64,000 nucleotides of DNA from Vulcanimicrobiales bacterium (GCA_038231455.1 JBBRLI010000003.1:128001-192000); one strand, 5' to 3'; numbered from the stretch's first letter, positions 50,925-61,613 are shown. Notes: generated by a model not told the origin, from the sequence alone. Numbers and translations: made by a program.

Positions 50925-51323
50925 ATGACATATTCGATTGTATCTGGGGTGTCATTATGTGGACCGTGCCAAGTCTTCGTCTGCTTGCTCTTGTTTTTGT
51001 TTCCGGGCTCTTTAGCGCATGCGGTGGTGGCAGTTCGGGATCGAGCGTCCTACTCGATTGCCGTGGTCGAGGCGCAAGCACTTGAGTTCGATCTTCTTGG
51101 GCGCTTGATTATCGGCCAGAACAACTCGATCATCATGACCTCGAACGGACAGACGAAGGTCACATTGCCCAACGTAACGCCGGTTTACATGAACGTCGGG
51201 AAAGACGGTTCGTTCGCCTACGCCGGGTACAACAATGCCTCGCAGGTTTTCCAAGTCGACGGCCGCGTCGTGACGATCAGCACGAGCCCCTATCAGTCCC
51301 TCGGCATCGCGATCTCACCCTGA
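50925..51323 (+). pseudogene. Possible remnant of a beta-propeller (YVTN-like) protein
   Basis: C-terminal half has DGSFAY...V.TI...P.GIAISP blade-like pattern; N-terminal half looks non-coding. Confidence 0.35.
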
Positions 51324-51369
51324 AGACGGTGACCGTCCTTCGATTGATTGAACTGCGAGGTGAATTGGG

Positions 51370-52062
51370 ATGGCGGACTATCTGGGCGAGTTAAATCGGA
51401 TTGTAGAGTATTTTGCGGATCGGCCTGACGTCGTAGCGATCGCGGCAATTGGTGGTGGCACATCAGCGGAATTCTTAATGCTCTCGGAGCTGTACGAGAG
51501 TTACGTTACGAGCGATGATTGGTGGCGAGGGCTCAAAATTACGCTAGAGACGAGCAGCAGGCGAGGCCGACTCGTCGAGCAGCGCTGCATAGTCGCTGAC
51601 GTCGGAGTTACACTTCTTTTCGGAGATCCTAGTTGGTTATTCTCCGACTCTCCGTCTGCGGAAATTTTGCAAATACTGGGCTCACGAATCTATGAACTGC
51701 ATGACCCTAGCGGGCTGATCAAGTCGCTTCAGGAGAAGTCCGGCGTAGAATACATTGGGTTCGCAGACGAAAGCGAAATTGCACAATACGGCGATATTTC
51801 AAGCGATTTTTTTCGGCTCGTTGGTTTGGGAACAGCGGGCTTTATATCGAATGACTCAACGCTGACTGACTGGTGTGATGCATCAGGCCTACCCTTGGAT
51901 CACGCGAATGCGCGGATAAGGGAGCTTTACGACGTCGATGTTGCCGATCTCAACGGAGGGCGGCTGACAGATATTTTTCAACGGATTGCGCAGGGCGAGC
52001 CGTACCAAGCGTGGCGCATCAAACGGGCGACAGACGAAAACGGTCCGCCGTTCGTTAATTAG
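51370..52062 (+). CDS. Hypothetical protein with atypical (lower-GC) codon usage
   Basis: 230-aa ORF, GAGGTG RBS. Confidence 0.6.
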   Translation: MADYLGELNRIVEYFADRPDVVAIAAIGGGTSAEFLMLSELYESYVTSDDWWRGLKITLETSSRRGRLVEQRCIVADVGVTLLFGDPSWLFSDSPSAEILQILGSRIYELHDPSGLIKSLQEKSGVEYIGFADESEIAQYGDISSDFFRLVGLGTAGFISNDSTLTDWCDASGLPLDHANARIRELYDVDVADLNGGRLTDIFQRIAQGEPYQAWRIKRATDENGPPFVN

Positions 52063-52466
52063 CGTGATACGTTGAATTGATAGCAGCATAAATAGCGATG
52101 TCGATACCGTCTCGCTGTGGGCAAACGCGCACCGCGTCGAATCCGCCGCGGTACAGGACACGGCCCGACGTTCTCGCGACCATGAATCGGGCGACGTTTC
52201 CAGATCGCTTGACTCCCGAGCTCATTCAACCCGTCCTCGATGTGGCGGCACACGACGGGGTCGTCAAGCCGGTTCGCGCCGTCACGCTGTTGTCGTCGTT
52301 CCGACCGCTCTACTCGACGTTATCCGAGTGGAGACGTCAGACCACTCGCTTTCCTCAGAGATTGGAGGTCGTTCCATACATAAACACGGTCGATAAAGAC
52401 GCGCATTTACCCAACTGAAAGCGGGTCTCCAAAGTCGAACCTTCTCTCGTGCTACATCGAAGAGTT

Positions 52467-52838
52467 CTATTCTGAACTCTGAGTCGGCTCCCAAAGATAC
52501 GGCCCGTCGCCTTCGGAAAATCGCTCCCTGATTTTCAAGATAACGTCACTCTCGGTCACGCCCATCTTACTAGCCGCATCACTCACCAAACGCTCGATCT
52601 CGTCGAGACCGTCGATATTAGCGGCGAGCGCTGGGATCATCCGCGTTCGTTGGAGATTCTGCGCACGCTCTTCGTTAGACGGGGTTCTGGACGGTATCCG
52701 CATTGTGTTAGGCTCCTGCTTCGGATAATCAGAAGTAAGGCGCCGAATGCTCGGCACATATTCCTCGCGGGCGATTCGACGAGAAACGTAACCGACCGCC
52801 AGCGATCGAAGAATATTCTGATGGCAACTGAATGGCAA
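52467..52838 (-). CDS. Hypothetical protein (start uncertain, possibly ATG 52703)
   Basis: ORF with CAGGAG before internal MRIPSR; atypical codon usage. Confidence 0.4.
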   Translation of the reverse strand: MPFSCHQNILRSLAVGYVSRRIAREEYVPSIRRLTSDYPKQEPNTMRIPSRTPSNEERAQNLQRTRMIPALAANIDGLDEIERLVSDAASKMGVTESDVILKIRERFSEGDGPYLWEPTQSSE

Positions 52839-52851
52839 CCGCGGCCGATTT

Positions 52852-52881
52852 GAAAAAGAAAAACCCTCGTAAAAACGAGGG
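52852..52881 (-). terminator. Intrinsic terminator downstream of tRNA-fMet
   Basis: CCCTCGT-N4-ACGAGGG hairpin followed by a T-rich run on the minus strand. Confidence 0.75.
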
Positions 52882-52886
52882 CATCT

Positions 52887-52963
<77 letters not shown>

Positions 52964-53013
52964 TCGGCGCCACTTACTATACGACGGCGCACTAGGCACT
53001 GTCAAACGATTTT

Positions 53014-54048
53014 GTGAATCAGTCCCAAATGACCGACACGGATCTGCTTGTACTGCCCAAGGTGCAGCTCCATTGCCACCTTGAGGGAACGCTCCGTGCG
53101 GAGTCCTTTCGTGACCTCGCCGCGCACCACGGCGTGGAGATCGGCAATCGCGCACTTGTCCCGGTCGAACGAGCCTACGACTTCGCGACCTTCCGCGAGT
53201 TCTTGCTCCTCTTCGCCGAGGTGTGCAAGGCGCTAGCCGAGCCCGCAGACTTTGCACGTTTGGCGGAGGACTACGTTTCCGTCGCCGTGGCCGAGGGGGT
53301 TTGCTACGCGGAAGTCTTCGTCTCACCATCGGTCTGGACGTATTTCCACAAGGACCTCGATGTCCGCGCGACCTTTGCTGCGCTGCGCCGAACCTTCGAC
53401 CGTGCGAGGGCCGAACATGGAATCGAGGTGCGGATGATCTGCGACCTCACGCGGAATTTTGGCGCCGAGCGGGCGATGCAGACGGCCGAAATTGCGATTG
53501 CCATGCGGGACCTCGGCGTCATCGGTGTCGGGCTCGGCGGCGACGAGGCGAACTTCCCGCCCAATCTCTACGTCGATAGCTACGTGCGAGCACGCGCGGC
53601 GGGCCTCCATGGCGTCGTCCATGCCGGCGAGGCAGCGGGAGCGGCGAGCGTCCGCTCTGCGATCGAGGATCTTGGGGCCGAACGGATCGGCCACGGCGTG
53701 CGGGCGATCGAAGACCAGGCGGTCGTCGCGCTCCTCGCCGAGCGGAAGATCCCAATCGAAGTCTGCCCAACCTCGAACCACCTCACCGGCGCCGCCCCCT
53801 CGCACCTCGATCACCCGATGGGTGCGCTCGATGCCGCGGGCGTCATCGTCACGATCGATGCCGACGATCCGGCGCTCTTTGGCACCTCGCTGCTTGCCGA
53901 GTACCGCTTCGTCGAGCAGACTCTCGGTCGCTCGACGCTCTTGCGCTTCGCCCGTAATGCGATCGACGCGAGTTTCGCCGATCATGCGACCAAGGCGCGT
54001 CTTCATGCGGCCTTCGACGGGGCGGCGGCGCGTATCGTCGAAGTCTGA
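53014..54048 (+). CDS. add: Adenosine/adenine deaminase
   Basis: LHCHLEG, HAGE, RIGHG, CPTSN, DDP. Confidence 0.9.
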   Translation: MNQSQMTDTDLLVLPKVQLHCHLEGTLRAESFRDLAAHHGVEIGNRALVPVERAYDFATFREFLLLFAEVCKALAEPADFARLAEDYVSVAVAEGVCYAEVFVSPSVWTYFHKDLDVRATFAALRRTFDRARAEHGIEVRMICDLTRNFGAERAMQTAEIAIAMRDLGVIGVGLGGDEANFPPNLYVDSYVRARAAGLHGVVHAGEAAGAASVRSAIEDLGAERIGHGVRAIEDQAVVALLAERKIPIEVCPTSNHLTGAAPSHLDHPMGALDAAGVIVTIDADDPALFGTSLLAEYRFVEQTLGRSTLLRFARNAIDASFADHATKARLHAAFDGAAARIVEV

Positions 54049-54051
54049 GAA

Positions 54052-54741
54052 ATGGCCGGTCACACCCATTTCGATGAATCGACGGAAGAGTATCTCGAAG
54101 CCGTCTACCGGCTCGAACGCGAGGGGCCGGGCGTAACAACCTCGGCGCTCGCCTCGGAGCTCGGCGTTGCGCCCGCGTCCGTCTCCGGGATGCTCAAGAA
54201 ACTCGCCACCGATGGCTACATCGATCATCGTGCGCGCGGCGAAGCGAAGCTCACGCGTAAAGGCCTGGAAGTCGCCGTACGCGTGCTTCGGCGTCATCGC
54301 TTGGCCGAATGTTTCCTGACCGAGATGCTCGGAATGTCGTGGGATGAAGTGCATGCCGAGGCGTGCCGTCTCGAACACGCGATCAGCGCGCGCGTCGAGG
54401 AACGTCTTATCGCCGTGCTCGGCGATCCGAAAACGTGCCCGCACGGACACCCGATTCCGCCGGCCGACCTCTCCGATCCGGTGCGTCTTGGCGTACCGCT
54501 CGCGCAAGTTGCCGTCGGCGCGCACGCGCATGTCAACGGCGTGACGGAAGAAGTACCGGAGATGCTGGTCTATCTTGGCAAAATCGGCATGCGTCCAGGC
54601 GCGGCGATCGTCATTACCGACAAGGCGCCGCTGGGCGGCCCGGTCACCGTGGACATCGAGGGATCTCCGCATGCGATTTCGCTCGAACTCGCGCGCATGG
54701 TGACGGTCATCGAAGCGAGCCCGGCGCTGCATAGCGCGTAA
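54052..54741 (+). CDS. DtxR/MntR-family metal-dependent regulator with FeoA domain
   Basis: EEYLEAVY, RRHRLAE, EACRLEH, CPHGHPIP. Confidence 0.93.
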   Translation: MAGHTHFDESTEEYLEAVYRLEREGPGVTTSALASELGVAPASVSGMLKKLATDGYIDHRARGEAKLTRKGLEVAVRVLRRHRLAECFLTEMLGMSWDEVHAEACRLEHAISARVEERLIAVLGDPKTCPHGHPIPPADLSDPVRLGVPLAQVAVGAHAHVNGVTEEVPEMLVYLGKIGMRPGAAIVITDKAPLGGPVTVDIEGSPHAISLELARMVTVIEASPALHSA

Positions 54742-55358
54742 TGCTGACTAAAGGCCTCATCGCGGTCAACGTCCTCATCTTCGCCTGGATGTATTTCACC
54801 GGCGCGTATACGAGCGACCCCGCGCTCCTCAACTACGGCGCGCTCTACGGACCCGCAGTCGACCATGGCCAGTGGTGGCGCGCGTTCACCGCGGCCTTCG
54901 TGCACGGGAACATCTTGCATATCGCAACAAACATGGTTGCGCTTTATCAAGTCGGTTCATTCGTCGAAGTGATCTTCGGACGCACGCGCTTCGTCATCAT
55001 TTATCTCTTGGCGATCCTTGGTTCGGCCTATGCCGTCTACCACTTCAGCTACGCGATTCCGACGATCGGTGCGAGCGGTGCGATATTCGGACTCTTCGGT
55101 GCGATGCTCGCCGCGGGCTTACGCATGGGCGAACGCGGCCGGTATCTCGTGCAACAGACCGTGCCGATCATCGTCATCAACTTGCTGCTCGGCTTTACCC
55201 TGCTCTCAGGGATCGTCTCGAACGCCGGTCACATCGGCGGTTTGATCAGCGGCGTGTTCGCCGGTTACGTGCTCTTTATGATCCCACGCCGTACAGAAGT
55301 CGCCTACGATCCAAACGAGCCGATCGAGGGCGAGGTCGTGGACGCGCCGCACGCGTGA
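54741..55358 (+). CDS. Rhomboid intramembrane serine protease
   Basis: WWR, H...HI..N, GASGAIFG, HIGG. Confidence 0.95.
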   Translation: MLTKGLIAVNVLIFAWMYFTGAYTSDPALLNYGALYGPAVDHGQWWRAFTAAFVHGNILHIATNMVALYQVGSFVEVIFGRTRFVIIYLLAILGSAYAVYHFSYAIPTIGASGAIFGLFGAMLAAGLRMGERGRYLVQQTVPIIVINLLLGFTLLSGIVSNAGHIGGLISGVFAGYVLFMIPRRTEVAYDPNEPIEGEVVDAPHA

Positions 55359-57280
55359 GCCTCGACTCAATCGAGCAAACCTTCGGACCAGACGGTCCGA
55401 TCGCAACGTCGCTCCCGGGATTCGAAGCGCGCCCGGGGCAAGTGCAGATGGCGCAGCTGATCGAACGCGGATTTCTCGAATGCGCGCACACCGTCGTCGA
55501 GGCGGGTACGGGTGTGGGCAAGTCGCTTGCCTACCTCGTCCCGGCACTGCGCTCGGGGAAGAAAGTTGTTATCTCCACGGGCACGATCGCGCTGCAAGAA
55601 CAGCTCGTGCGCAAAGACATTCCGCTTGTGACCAAGGCGCTTGGGATCAAGGCGCGCGTCGTGCTGCTCAAAGGCCGCAATCACTACCTGTGTAAGGCCA
55701 AGTACGAGCGCATGAGCGCCGAACGACTCGTCGCGCCGAGCGCATCGATGGAGCGTCTGTGGGCGTGGGCCGATGTCACGACGACGGGCGATCGCAGCGA
55801 ACTCGATTTCACGCCGCGCGGCGATGATTGGGAGCAACTCGACGCCGACGCCGATGACTGCGTCGGCGAATTCTGCGACAAGTTCGCCGATTGCCACTTC
55901 TTTGCGCGTCGCGATGCAGCAAAATTCGCCGATATCGTCGTGGTCAATCACGCGCTGTTTTTCCTCGATCTTGCCATGGGCGGGCAACTTTTGCCGGCCT
56001 ACGATTACGTCGTTCTCGATGAAGCGCATCAGGCGGAGCGCTACGCCACCTCCGCGATGACCGCGTCGCTCTCGCCGGGATCGGTCGCGCGCATGATGCG
56101 CCGTCTCCATCGCACCTATCATCTCCCGGCATCCTACGACGCGCAGATCGACGAGATGATGCGGCGCCTCACCTCAGCGCTTGCGCGGGTACCAGGCGAA
56201 CGGTATCCGGTGCGTGCGAACGACGCAATCACAAGCGTTCTGGGCGAGGTGCGCGAGGCGTTTTATACCCTCGAGAACTGGCTGCACGCGAATTGGCAAA
56301 CGGCGCTCCGCCGCAAGACGGACAACGAAGCGGAAGCCGAACGCCGTAAAGATCTTGCGATGCGCGCGATCGTCGCCCACATCGCGACGGTCGATCGTAT
56401 CGAGCACACCGCAATCGAAGAATCGGCCGTTCCCGCGGATCAAATCGAAGCGGTCGCCTGGGTCGAGCGCGGCGATGACGGCCGCTACGCGATCAACGCC
56501 GCGCCGTTCGACATCGCGCCATTTCTACGCGGTACGCTCTTCGGGCGCACGCAGAGCGTCGTGCTCACAAGCGCCACGATCGCCGAGGGAAACTCGTTTG
56601 CGTTCTTTCGCGAGATGCTCGGCGTCGATGAGGCGCAAGAACTCATCGCACCCTCTCCTTTCGATTATCGCGTGCAGGCGCGCTTATATCTTGCGCCGCC
56701 CTCACTCAACCCGAAGACGCCGTCGTTTGCCAAGGCCGCAGCTCCCATCATCGAGGAGTGCCTGGATCGCACACGCGGTCGCGCGTTCATCCTCTTTACC
56801 TCGTACGCGCGACTGCACGAAGTCTACGCGCTCGTGCGCGCAGGGTTGCCGTATCCGGCGAAGGTGCAAGGCGACATGCCGCGAGCCGCGCTGCTCGACT
56901 GGTTCCGAACCACGAAGAACGCGGTGCTCTTTGCGACCGGTACGTTTTGGGAAGGCATCGACGTCGTCGGCGATCAGCTCTCGTGCGTGATCATCGACCG
57001 GCTGCCATTTCCCTCACCCGCCGATCCCCTCGTCGCCGCGCGACTCGCTGCGCTTGAAGCGCGGGGCAAATCGAGCTTCGAGCACTATATGATCCCGAGC
57101 GCCATCGTTCGTTTGAAACAGGGCTTCGGTCGCTTGATCCGCTCCAAAGCGGACCGCGGTTTGATCGTGCTGCTCGACGGACGGGCGCTTGGTATGCGGT
57201 ACGGTGCGACTATTGTCGATGCGCTTCCGCCGTTTAAACGCATCGACGATCTGCGTGAACTCGACGAGCTGTTCGGTTAA
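55355..57280 (+). CDS. DinG/YoaA-family Fe-S ATP-dependent DNA helicase
   Basis: EAGTGVGKS, KGRNHYLC, DEAH, FWEGID, QGFGRLIR; GTG 55355 overlaps rhomboid stop. Confidence 0.93.
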   Translation: MSLDSIEQTFGPDGPIATSLPGFEARPGQVQMAQLIERGFLECAHTVVEAGTGVGKSLAYLVPALRSGKKVVISTGTIALQEQLVRKDIPLVTKALGIKARVVLLKGRNHYLCKAKYERMSAERLVAPSASMERLWAWADVTTTGDRSELDFTPRGDDWEQLDADADDCVGEFCDKFADCHFFARRDAAKFADIVVVNHALFFLDLAMGGQLLPAYDYVVLDEAHQAERYATSAMTASLSPGSVARMMRRLHRTYHLPASYDAQIDEMMRRLTSALARVPGERYPVRANDAITSVLGEVREAFYTLENWLHANWQTALRRKTDNEAEAERRKDLAMRAIVAHIATVDRIEHTAIEESAVPADQIEAVAWVERGDDGRYAINAAPFDIAPFLRGTLFGRTQSVVLTSATIAEGNSFAFFREMLGVDEAQELIAPSPFDYRVQARLYLAPPSLNPKTPSFAKAAAPIIEECLDRTRGRAFILFTSYARLHEVYALVRAGLPYPAKVQGDMPRAALLDWFRTTKNAVLFATGTFWEGIDVVGDQLSCVIIDRLPFPSPADPLVAARLAALEARGKSSFEHYMIPSAIVRLKQGFGRLIRSKADRGLIVLLDGRALGMRYGATIVDALPPFKRIDDLRELDELFG

Positions 57281-57363
57281 GCAGATCACAACGAGATTAG
57301 AATACGGTGCAGTATGCGGATGCTCACACGTCTTTTTTCGCTTGGAGGCGCTTAATAGAGTGT

Positions 57364-57612
57364 ATGGATCGAATACGATTTACTCCGCTCGACGACGGCA
57401 CGAAGGCGCCGGTGTGTTGGCATTGCAGCAAGACCCTCCTTACCACGCATAGCGAAGCGCGCTATATGTATCGCCACGATGGCGAACGCGCGATTTTCGA
57501 GGACTGGGTCGCCTGCGACTGTGGCGCGTTCCAAAACATCCGGCGCGTGCACTCGATCACGATCGAAACCTTAAGCGGCGATAATATGAAAGACGATCTC
57601 TCCGCGCGGTGA
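57364..57612 (+). CDS. Small putative Zn-ribbon protein
   Basis: CWHC ... CDCG in an 82-aa ORF. Confidence 0.6.
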   Translation: MDRIRFTPLDDGTKAPVCWHCSKTLLTTHSEARYMYRHDGERAIFEDWVACDCGAFQNIRRVHSITIETLSGDNMKDDLSAR

Positions 57613-57626
57613 CGAAGGGAGGCCGC

Positions 57627-58622
57627 ATGATACGTGCGGTTGCTCTCGTTTTTATCTTGGTGTTGGGGTCAACGACTCCAACACTTGCCTGGGGTGCGCT
57701 CGGACATCGGCTCGTGAGCGCAAGCGGCGAAGCCGCCCTGCCGCCCTCGATGCCGGACTTTCTGCGCTCTGCTGCAGCAATTGCAGAAGTGGGCGATCTT
57801 GGGCCTGAGGCCGATCGCCTCAAAAGCTCGGGCCGCACGTGGAATTCCGATGATGATCCGGGCCACTACGTCGACCTTGCCGAGGATGGAACCGTCGGCG
57901 GGCTGGCGCTGACGGCGCTGCCGCCCTCGCGTGAGGAGTTCGATACGGCTTTACGGGCCGCCGGAACGGATCAATACAAGATGGGTTTTCTGCCGTACGA
58001 ATTAATCGACGGCTACCAGCAGATCACGACCGACCTTGCCTATTGGCGCGTGTTTGCGTACGGTGCCGTTCACGCGGCAAGTCCCGAGGACCGCGCGTTC
58101 TTTGTTTTCGAGAAGATGCTGCGTGAAACGCTTACGCTGCGTGACATCGGCTACTGGAGTCACTTCGTCGGCGATGCTAGCCAGCCGCTGCACGTCTCAA
58201 TTCACTTCAACGGCTGGAAAGAAAAATATCCGAACCTTGCGCGCGACCCGCACGGCCGCTTCGAGACGGCGCTCGTCCGCGCAGGCGGTGCCACGCAGGC
58301 GCTTGTTAGCGCGCGCATGGCGCCCTATACGCCGTGGTCCGGAACGTACGAAGCCCACCTCGCAGCGTATCTCACGACCTCACTTTCGTTCATGCCGCGC
58401 GTCTATGCACTCGATGCGGTCGGAGCTATCGACGCTCACACTCCCGATGCCGTCAATTTGATGCTCGATCGTCTTGCAGCGGGCGCAAGCATGCTGCGCG
58501 ACTCGCTCGCGGACGCATGGACCGAGAGCGGATCGAAAAAAATCGGCTACCCCGCTGTGCCGGTGAGCGACATTGAATCGGGCACAACGCCGATCACGAA
58601 AGCCATGTTCGCAGGCGATTGA
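57627..58622 (+). CDS. Secreted S1/P1 nuclease (phospholipase C/P1 fold)
   Basis: Signal peptide then WGALGH; HYVD; HFVGDASQPLH; H..FE. Confidence 0.85.
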   Translation: MIRAVALVFILVLGSTTPTLAWGALGHRLVSASGEAALPPSMPDFLRSAAAIAEVGDLGPEADRLKSSGRTWNSDDDPGHYVDLAEDGTVGGLALTALPPSREEFDTALRAAGTDQYKMGFLPYELIDGYQQITTDLAYWRVFAYGAVHAASPEDRAFFVFEKMLRETLTLRDIGYWSHFVGDASQPLHVSIHFNGWKEKYPNLARDPHGRFETALVRAGGATQALVSARMAPYTPWSGTYEAHLAAYLTTSLSFMPRVYALDAVGAIDAHTPDAVNLMLDRLAAGASMLRDSLADAWTESGSKKIGYPAVPVSDIESGTTPITKAMFAGD

Positions 58623-58623
58623 T

Positions 58624-58648
58624 GCTTGGGGAGCAGCCGCTCCCCAAG
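58624..58648 (+). terminator. Hairpin after the nuclease gene
   Basis: CTTGGGGAGC-AGCC-GCTCCCCAAG perfect stem. Confidence 0.55.
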
Positions 58649-58705
58649 TGTGCTCCCGCCGCGTTTGGGTATATCCGTCGAGATTATAACTACGACGGAG
58701 AATCT

Positions 58706-59572
58706 ATGAAGAAACAAATCCTCGCGGCAATGGGTGCCGCTGCCCTTCTCGGTGGCACGGCGATGGCGCAAACGATGCCGCAACCCATGGCCTCGGGAAT
58801 GCCGATGACGGCTGATGCGCCGATGAGTGACGCGCAGTTCGTTGCGATGCTCTCGCGCGGAAATGAATCCGAGATCGCGCTTGCACGAGCGATCCTGGTA
58901 CGCACGAAAAACGATGCGGTGAAAACATTCGCGCAGCGCATGATCGACGATCATTCCTCGGCCGAAGTCGCACTGCGATCTGCTGCGCGCCCCGGGAATT
59001 TCATCGTACCGACGATGGTCGGTCGAATGAACGCGCAAATGGGTCGCGACCTGCTTGCCGAGAACGAGCCGCAGCTCGATACAGACTACATGCAAATGCA
59101 GCTCGACAGTCATCGTCGCGTCCAAGCCGCGCTCAAATGGGAGATCGCGAACGGGACGGACGGCGGTCTTAAAGCCTTCGCAAACGCTCAGGCCCCAATC
59201 GTCGCAACGCACGTTCAGATGGCGCTCGCTTACGGTGCGACCGATGGGAAATCGACCCGCATCAACGTCGGCGGTCAAGTCCTCGGCGCTGGGGCCTCGG
59301 GCAACGGCGGCGTAGCTGGTGGCAACGGCGGTGGCGGTCCGTATCGTCCAGGGGGAACCACGAGTGGAAACGGTACGCCGGCCAATACGAATAATGGCAC
59401 AGCCGGAAATGCGCCGAATTCGTCGACCAGCGGCTCGACTACCGGGACGAATAACGGAAGTGGCGGCGTACAAAATACGCCGGGCTCGAAGGCTACGACG
59501 CCTCCGACCAGCCAGCAAACGCCAGCACCGAATACCGCTCCGACACCATCGCCCGCACCGAGCCCAAAGTAA
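58706..59572 (+). CDS. Secreted DUF4142 (ferritin-like) protein with a G/N/T/P low-complexity tail
   Basis: D..F...EI.LA...VKTFAQRMIDDH...D..Y...H...H pattern. Confidence 0.8.
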   Translation: MKKQILAAMGAAALLGGTAMAQTMPQPMASGMPMTADAPMSDAQFVAMLSRGNESEIALARAILVRTKNDAVKTFAQRMIDDHSSAEVALRSAARPGNFIVPTMVGRMNAQMGRDLLAENEPQLDTDYMQMQLDSHRRVQAALKWEIANGTDGGLKAFANAQAPIVATHVQMALAYGATDGKSTRINVGGQVLGAGASGNGGVAGGNGGGGPYRPGGTTSGNGTPANTNNGTAGNAPNSSTSGSTTGTNNGSGGVQNTPGSKATTPPTSQQTPAPNTAPTPSPAPSPK

Positions 59573-59584
59573 CTTTTCTCAGCT

Positions 59585-61552
59585 TTACTCTTCCTTGTGC
59601 GCATCGGCTTTCGCACGTTCTTGTAAATCGAGCACGACCGTCGAATCCGCAAGCGTGGTCGTATCGCCGAGCGTTCGACCTTCGGCGATATCGCGAAGCA
59701 ACCGTCGCATGATCTTTCCGGACCGCGTTTTCGGAAGCTCTTGCGTGAATGTGAGCGACTTCGGTAGCGTGAACTTTCCGAGCTTCGCAGCAACGTGATT
59801 GCGGAGTTCGGTATTGAGTTTGTCGCTGGGTTCGATCCCGGCCTTGAGCGAGACGAAGGCGCAGATCGCCTGACCCGTCATCTCGTCGTTCTTCCCAACG
59901 ACCGCGGCTTCGGCGACGGAGTGATGGTCGACGAGCGCCGATTCGACTTCCGCAGTTGAAATGCGATGCCCGCTGATGTTCATCACATCATCGATGCGGC
60001 CCATGAACCAGTAGTAGCCGTTCTCATCGCGGTGGCAGCCGTCGCCCGCAAGATACTGGTGCTTGAATTTTTCCCAATACGTTTTTGCGTAGCGTTCGTC
60101 ATCGCCCCAAATGCCGCGCAGCATCGAGGGCCACGGGCGCGTCAGCACGATGTATCCGCCGCCGCCGAGCGGTTGCGATTCGCCGGCTTCGTTGACGATG
60201 TCGACGCCGATTCCCGGCAGCGGTTTTGTCGCGCTACCCGGCATCGTTGTCGTGATTCCCGGCAGCGGCGAGATCATAATCGAGCCGGTTTCCGTCTGCC
60301 ACCACGTATCGACGATCGGCGCTTTGCCGCCGCCGATGTGCTCGTGATACCACATCCACGCTTCGGGATTGATTGGCTCGCCGACCGAGCCTAAGAGACG
60401 CAGTGAGGTGAGGTCGTGCTTTTCAATGTATTCCGTGCCCCACTTCATGAACGTGCGAATCGCGGTCGGCGCCGTATAGAGAATCGTGACTTTATAGCGC
60501 TCGACGAGGTCCCAGAAACGGTCCTTGTCGGGGAAGTCGGGTGTGCCCTCATACAGCAGGCTCGTCGCACCGAGACACAGCGGACCGTAGAGCGCATACG
60601 AGTGTCCCGTCACCCAGCCAAGGTCGGCCGTGCACCAGAAAATATCGCTCTCTTCTTTGAGATCGAAGACGAGTTTGAGCGTCGAGGTAACCCCGGTGAG
60701 ATAACCGCCCGTCGTGTGCTTGATGCCTTTGGGCTTCGCCGTCGTGCCGCTTGTATACAGCAGAAAAAGTAGATCCTCGGCATTCATCCGTTCGGGTTCG
60801 CACGTCGAGGGTTGGTCGCGCACAGTATCATCCCACCAGTGATCGCGCCCGTCGACCATCGACACGGGATCGCCGACGCGTTTGGCAACGATCACGGATT
60901 TGAGCGACGGCATGCCTTTTGCGACCGCTTCATCGCAGATCGCTTTGAGCGGGATCTTTTTGCCGCGGCGCCAGCCTTGATCGGCGGTAATGAGCGCGAC
61001 GCAATCCGAATCGTTCACGCGGTCGACGATCGAGTCGGCGGAGAAGCCGCCGAAAATGACCGAGTGTACCGCGCCGATCCGCGCGCACGCCAGCATCGCG
61101 ATCGGGAGTTCGACGATCATCGGCATGTAAATCGCGACGCGGTCGCCCTTCTTCACGCCGAGCTTGCGCAAGCCGTTTGCGAAGCGGCACACCTCATCGA
61201 GGAGCTGCCCGTAGGTGACGGTCCAGCGGTCGCCCGGCTCGCCCTCAAAATAGTATGCGACCTTGGCGGCGCCCCCGGCTTGAACGTGCCGGTCGAGCGC
61301 GTTCACCGACGCGTTGAGTTCGCCGTCGCCGAACCATTTGGCGAAGGGCTCGTTCCATTCGAGGACCTTCGTGTATGGCTTCATCCAGGTCAGCTTACGT
61401 GCCCAGCTATCCCAGTAAGCCTCCGGATCGCGTTCGGCTTCCTCGTAAATCCCGGGCTGCGCGTTGGCCTGCGCGGCGAATGCCGGTGTGGGCGGGAACT
61501 GGCGCGCTTCCGTAAAGAGGGCATCGATGGCATTGGACGATCCGGTAGTCAT
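59585..61552 (-). CDS. acs: Acetyl-CoA synthetase
   Basis: YTSGTTAKPKG, DTWWQTETG, LPKTRSGKIMRR. Confidence 0.97.
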   Translation of the reverse strand: MTTGSSNAIDALFTEARQFPPTPAFAAQANAQPGIYEEAERDPEAYWDSWARKLTWMKPYTKVLEWNEPFAKWFGDGELNASVNALDRHVQAGGAAKVAYYFEGEPGDRWTVTYGQLLDEVCRFANGLRKLGVKKGDRVAIYMPMIVELPIAMLACARIGAVHSVIFGGFSADSIVDRVNDSDCVALITADQGWRRGKKIPLKAICDEAVAKGMPSLKSVIVAKRVGDPVSMVDGRDHWWDDTVRDQPSTCEPERMNAEDLLFLLYTSGTTAKPKGIKHTTGGYLTGVTSTLKLVFDLKEESDIFWCTADLGWVTGHSYALYGPLCLGATSLLYEGTPDFPDKDRFWDLVERYKVTILYTAPTAIRTFMKWGTEYIEKHDLTSLRLLGSVGEPINPEAWMWYHEHIGGGKAPIVDTWWQTETGSIMISPLPGITTTMPGSATKPLPGIGVDIVNEAGESQPLGGGGYIVLTRPWPSMLRGIWGDDERYAKTYWEKFKHQYLAGDGCHRDENGYYWFMGRIDDVMNISGHRISTAEVESALVDHHSVAEAAVVGKNDEMTGQAICAFVSLKAGIEPSDKLNTELRNHVAAKLGKFTLPKSLTFTQELPKTRSGKIMRRLLRDIAEGRTLGDTTTLADSTVVLDLQERAKADAHKEE

Positions 61553-61613
61553 GCCGCGAAATTTATATCGCCCGTCACCATGACCTTTTAGCGCCGGGGC
61601 CGAAAACGAAAAC

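Noticed and set aside
54872-55354. 160-aa N-terminal extension of DinG, or a type IV CRISPR-associated DinG
   Set aside because: The extension overlaps the rhomboid gene in another frame; GTG 55355 gives a normal start; there is no cas context.
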